NCBI RefSeq assembly: GCF_004010195.1
Contig: NC_057718.1
Span: 4,657,021-4,721,020, forward strand
Reading direction: 5' to 3'
Length of the DNA stretch: 64,000 bases
Origin: Chiloscyllium plagiosum
Lineage: Eukaryota
Shown: in pieces, positions 59,000 to 64,000 of the stretch
Layout of the letters: every line of letters begins with the position of its first letter
Position numbering within the stretch: the first letter of the stretch is position 1
The notes under the pieces: generated by a model
Told to the model about the DNA's origin: nothing
Databases searched by the model: none
Seen by the model: only the letters and a program-made list of their open reading frames with translations
Made by a program: the position numbers and the translations under genes

Positions 59000-61900
59000 C
59001 CAGAATCCACGTCCCTTGGATAGATGCAGCGAGGTACCTCTGCTCTTTTACTCGAATCCTCTCACTTGGAAGGCCAATATACCACTAGCCTCCTTCACTA
59101 CCTGCTGCACCCATGTGCTTACTTTCAGTGACTGATGTACAAGGACACCCAGGACTCTGCATATTCCCCTGCCTCAGTTTGTAGTCATTCAGATAATAAG
59201 TTGCCTTCCTGTTTTTGTTCCCAAAGTGGATATCCTCATATTTATCCCCATTATAATGTATTTGCCACTCCCTCAGCTTGTCCAAATCACTTGAATCTCT
59301 ACATTGTCCTCACAGCTCACCCTCCCACCCAGCTTTGTCATCTGTAAACTTGGAGAGATTAAATTTTGGGTGACTCCATGAAAAGAGCAAGCTGAAGTTG
59401 TGAGTATGGACAATGCTTCATCAAGGTTTTGATGAAGAGTCAACTAGACTCCAAACGTTAGCATGCTGTCCCTCTGTGGATGCTGCCTGACCTGCTGTGA
59501 TCTCTGGCAAATAGTTTTGTTCACTCAAGTCATGTGGACATCGTTGGCTGGGCCAGCATCTGCTGCTTGTCCCTAGTTGCTCCTTGAGCTGCCATCTTGA
59601 ATTACTGCAGTCCATCTGCTGGAGATAGTCCCACAATGCCCTTAGGGAGGGAATTCCAGGGTTTGACCCAGTCACACTGATGGAACAGCGATAAATTTCC
59701 AAGTCAGGATGGTAAGTAGCTTGGAGGGGAACTTGAAGGAGGTGGAGTTCCCATGTATCTGCTTCTTCTAGATGGGATTGGTCATGGGTTTGGAAGGTGC
59801 TACCTGAGGATCTTTGCTGAATTTCTGAAATGTATCTTGGGAATAATACACTCTGCTACCACTGAGTGTCAGTATTGGGGAGGCTGGATAGAATAATAAG
59901 AGATGTACAGCATGGAAACAGACCCTTTAGTCCAATTTGTCCATGCCAACCATCAATCCTAAATTAATCTAGTTCCATTGCCAAACCCTTCCTACTCATA
60001 CACTCATCCAGAAGCCTCTTAAATGGTACCAGTCTTCACAACTACCTCTGGAGTTCATTCCATACATGCATCACCTTCTGCGGAAAAAATGTATCTATTA
60101 GATCCCTTCAAATCTTTCCCCTCCCATCTTAAGCCGGTGACCTCGAGTTTTGGACTCCCCTACCTGGGGAAAAAACTTGGCTATTCACTCTATCCATGTC
60201 CTTCATGATTTTATAAACTTCTGTAAGGTCATTCCTCAGCCTCTGACTGTTTGTGGATGTGGTGCCAGTCAAATGGGCTACTTTGTCCTGGATGGTGTCA
60301 AGCTTTTTGAGTGTTGTTGGAGCTGCCCCCATCCATGCGAGTGGGGAGTATTCCATCACACTCCTGACTTGTGCCTTGTGGATAGTGGATAGGCTTTGGG
60401 AAGTCAGAAGGTGAGTTATTCATTGCAATATTCCCATTCTCCGAACTGATCTTGCAGAGACAGGACATACGACTAATCCAGTTTCTGATCTGAGAAATGG
60501 TAATCCCCAGGATGTTGATCGTGGAGGATTCAGTCCCATTGAATGTTGTCAGTGATGGTAAGATTGTATCTTGTTTGAGATGGTTATTGCCTGGAATTAT
60601 ATAGCATGAATGTTACTTGCCACTTGTCAGCCCAAGTTTCAATATTGTCTGGATATTGTCACACTTAGGATAAAAAGAGGAAAAGAAATCAGAAAAGGAA
60701 CAGACTGTGGTAAAATGCAACTGTAGACTGGTTATTCAAGGGCAAGTAGCAAATAGGGCCACAGTCCAAGGAAAAAATACAATGATTAAAAATGGGATAA
60801 AAACAAGCTTAAAGACTATCTGTCTGAATGCACGAAACATTAGGAATATGATCGATGAACTAATGATACAACTTGTAGTAAATGGATATGATCTCATAGC
60901 CCTTATGGAGACGTGATTACAAGGAGATCAGACTGAGATCTGAACATTCAGGGATGTTTGATCTTTTGGAAAGACAGGAGGGATGGAAATGCTTGTGGGA
61001 TAGCACTATTGGTGAAGGATGAAATGAGGATAGCTGTGAGAGTTGATTGAGCCGCAGGTAATATAGAGTCCATTTGGATAGAGGTAAATAACACTAAGAA
61101 CAAGAAGACATTTGTTGACATATGTATGGAGCCTCAAACAATAACCACAAGTTCGTAGGATGTAGCAGCAGAATTAGACCATTCAGCCCATCAATTCTGC
61201 TCTACTATTCAATCATGGCTGATACGTTTCTCAATTCCATTCTCCTGCTTTCTCCCCACAATGCTTGATGCCCTTACTCATCAAGAGCCTATTTATCTCT
61301 GTCTTAAACACATCAATAACTTGACCCCCACAGCTTTCTGTGGCCATGAGTTCCATAGAGTCACCTCTGGCTGAAGACATTCCTCCTTATTTCGGTTCTA
61401 GATGGTCATCCCTTCACCCTGAGGCTGCACCCTTGGGTCCTAGTTTCTCCTACCTGTGGAAACACTGTATCCAGGTCTCTCAGTATCCTGTGAATTTAAA
61501 TGATATTCCCCTCTCAACCTTCCAAACACAGCTTCCTCTGAACCCCTTCCAACATAAGCACATACTGCTATAGATACGGGGCCAAAAACTGCTCACAATA
61601 TTCCAAACTCCAATAGTCTTACTAGAGCCTTGTCCAGCCTCAGCAGTCCATCTCTGCTCAAATTTCCCTTCCTAGCTGCCGACTGAACCACATCTTAACC
61701 TGAAGAGAATTCTGAACTAAGCAGCTGAGGTGGGGGAGTCTAGAACTAGAGGGCACAGGTTCAAGGTGAGATGGGATAGATATAAAAGAGACCTAAAGGG
61801 CAACGTTTTCACATAGAGGGTGGTATGTGTATTGAATGAGCTGCCAGAGGAAGTTGTGGAGACCAATACAATTGCAACATTTAAGAGTCATTTGGATGGG

Positions 61901-63840
61901 TATATGAATAGGAAGGGTTTGGATGGATATGGGCCGGGTGCTGGCAGGTGGGACTAGATTGGGTTGGAATATCTGGGTTGGCATAGACGGGTTGGACCGA
62001 AGGGTCTGTTTCTGTGCTGTACATCTCTACGAATCTAAGACTTCCAAGTCCCTTTATAGTTCAGATTTCCAAAGCCTTTCCCCATTTATGAAATAGTCTG
62101 CACCTCTATTCTTCATACCAAATTGTGTAATCTCACATTTTCCCACATTGTATTCCATCTGTCACGTCTTTGCCCCATCTCCGAGCCTGTCCAAGTCCTT
62201 CTGCAGCCTCTGGTGTCCTCAACATGATTTGTCTCTCCACCAATCTTTGTGTCACCTGAAAACTTAGCAACAATTGCCTCAGTTCCTTTTTCCAGATCAT
62301 GAATATGTAATGTGAATAGATGTAGTCCCAGTACTGACCCCTACAGAACTCCACTAGTCACCAGCTGCTGTTGTGAAAAAGGCCCCTTTGTCCTGACTCA
62401 CTGCCTTCTGCCAGACAACTAACCCTGTCTCCATGCCAGTCCCACAGGGTCTAATACCACGGGCTCTTATCTTTACTTTGCAGCTGCCTATGTGACACTT
62501 TGTCAAAGGCCTTCTGGAAATCCAAACAGAGCACACCAACTGTCTCTTCTTTAGCTAACTTACTCAGTATTTTTCATTCATTGGATGAAGGTGTCATTGG
62601 CTAGGCCAGTATTTATTGCCCAGAGAGCAGTTAAGAGTCAACCACGTTGCTGTGGGTCTGGTGTCACATGTAGGCCAGACCAGATAAGGATGGCAGTTTC
62701 CTTCCCTGAAGGAACCAGATGGATTTTTCGAACAATCAACAACAGGTTAGATCTCATGGAATACAGGGAGTGGCTCGAATGTAGAAGACAGAGGGTGATG
62801 GTGGCAAGTTGCTTTTCGGATTGGAGGTCCATGGGGAGTAGTGTACCACAAGGATCGGTGCTGGGTCCACTGCTTTTCATCATTTATATAAATGTTTTTG
62901 GATGTGAACATAGGAGGTATAGTTAGTAAGTTTGCAGATGACACCAAAATTGGAGGTGTAGTGGACAGCGAAGAAAGTTACCTCAGATTACAATGGCATC
63001 TTAATCAGAAGAGCCAATGGGCTGAGGAGTGGCAGATAGAGTTTAATTTAGATAAATGTGAGGCCTGCATTCTGGAAAGGCAAATTAGAGCAGGACTCCT
63101 ACCCTTAATGGTAAGGTCTGAGCTGAACAGAGACCTTGAAATGCAGGTTCATTGTTCCTTGGAAGTAGAGTCGCAGGTAGATAGGATAGTGAAGAAGGTG
63201 TTTGGTATGCTTTCCTTTATTGGTCAGAGCATTGAGTAAAGGAGTTGGGAGGTGATGTTGCGTCTGCACAGGACTTTGGTTAGGCTGCTTTTGAAATATT
63301 GCATGCAGTTCTGGTCTCCTTCCTACTGGAAGGATGTTGTGAAACTTGAAATGGTTCAGAAAAGATTTACAAGGATGTTGCCAGAATTGGAGGATTTGAA
63401 CTATAGGGAGAGAATGTATAGGCTGGGACTGTTTTCCCTGGACCATCGGAAGCTGAGGATGACCTTATAGAGGTTTATAAAATCATGAGGGGCATGGATA
63501 GGGTAAATAGAGAAAGTCTTTTCCCTGGGGTGGGGGAGACCAGAACGAGAAGTCATAGGCTTAGGATGAGAGGGAAAAGATATAGAAGATACCTAAGGGG
63601 CAATTGTTTCATGCAGAGTGTAGTGTGTGAATGAAATGAGCTGCCAGATGAAGTGGTGGAGGTGAGTGCAATTACAGCATTTAAAAGGCATTCGGATGGG
63701 TATATGAATAGGAAGGGTTTAAGAGGGATATGGGCCAAGTGCTGGCAATTGGGACTAGATTAGATTAGCATTACTGGGCAGCATGGATGAGTTGGACTGA
63801 AGGGTCTGTTTCTGTGCTGTATATCTCCATGACACTATAA
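59000..63840. mobile_element. Layered CR1/LINE fragments in the GBP intron; clearest copy ~62745-63840 (+)
   Basis: SSVPQGSVLGP, VSKFADDTKIGG and QKRFTRMLP motifs with CR1 3' tails; endonuclease ICLNARNI at ~60820. Confidence 0.8.
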
Positions 63841-64000
63841 TAACAGATAATTGCCATCATTAAACTCCCAACTCCAGATTCTTATTGCATTCAAATTTCA
63901 CTGAATGCCAATGTGGACTTCAACAGGGTTCCCAGAACAGCACCTGGGTCTCTGGATTAATAGTTCAGTGATAAGATCACTAGGCTCTCACCTCCCTAGT

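Noticed and set aside
58425..64000. Further GBP exons (expected GD..ND.WIF.LA.LLSS)
   Set aside because: Not found by eye; the region is LINE debris, so the gene presumably continues beyond the window.

Overview
Eukaryotic, repeat-dense genomic DNA, almost certainly from a cartilaginous fish (shark). This is inferred from HE1/V-SINEs with (AATCT)n tails, HER1/CR1 LINEs, a DeuSINE and shark-type Penelope-like elements. There are four N-gaps. The only host gene I can support is the 5' part of a guanylate-binding protein (GBP, interferon-inducible large GTPase) on the + strand. It has two clear coding exons (45702/45728-45902 and 58297-58424, joined by a phase-1 intron) and a candidate upstream micro-exon (32571-32592) preceded by GAS/ISRE-like motifs; the rest of the gene lies beyond the window. 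Upstream are three homologous copies of a GAS(TTCCTGGAA)/ISRE-like promoter-first-exon module (~7.5, ~12.5 and ~16.4 kb), two of them inside a ~2.2-kb segmental duplication. The remainder is layered mobile DNA: a decayed class I (gamma/epsilon-like) endogenous retrovirus (gag, RNase H, integrase, env, 3' LTR; RT deleted), a gag-pro remnant of a second retroviral-like lineage, a Gypsy gag-pro remnant, solo LTRs, CR1, L2 and Tx1 LINEs, and SINEs. More than 15 Penelope-derived insertions are present, many of them fold-back elements with target-site duplications and a minimal hammerhead-ribozyme core. Several local templated duplications are also visible. All identifications come from reading the sequence by eye; no searches were run.
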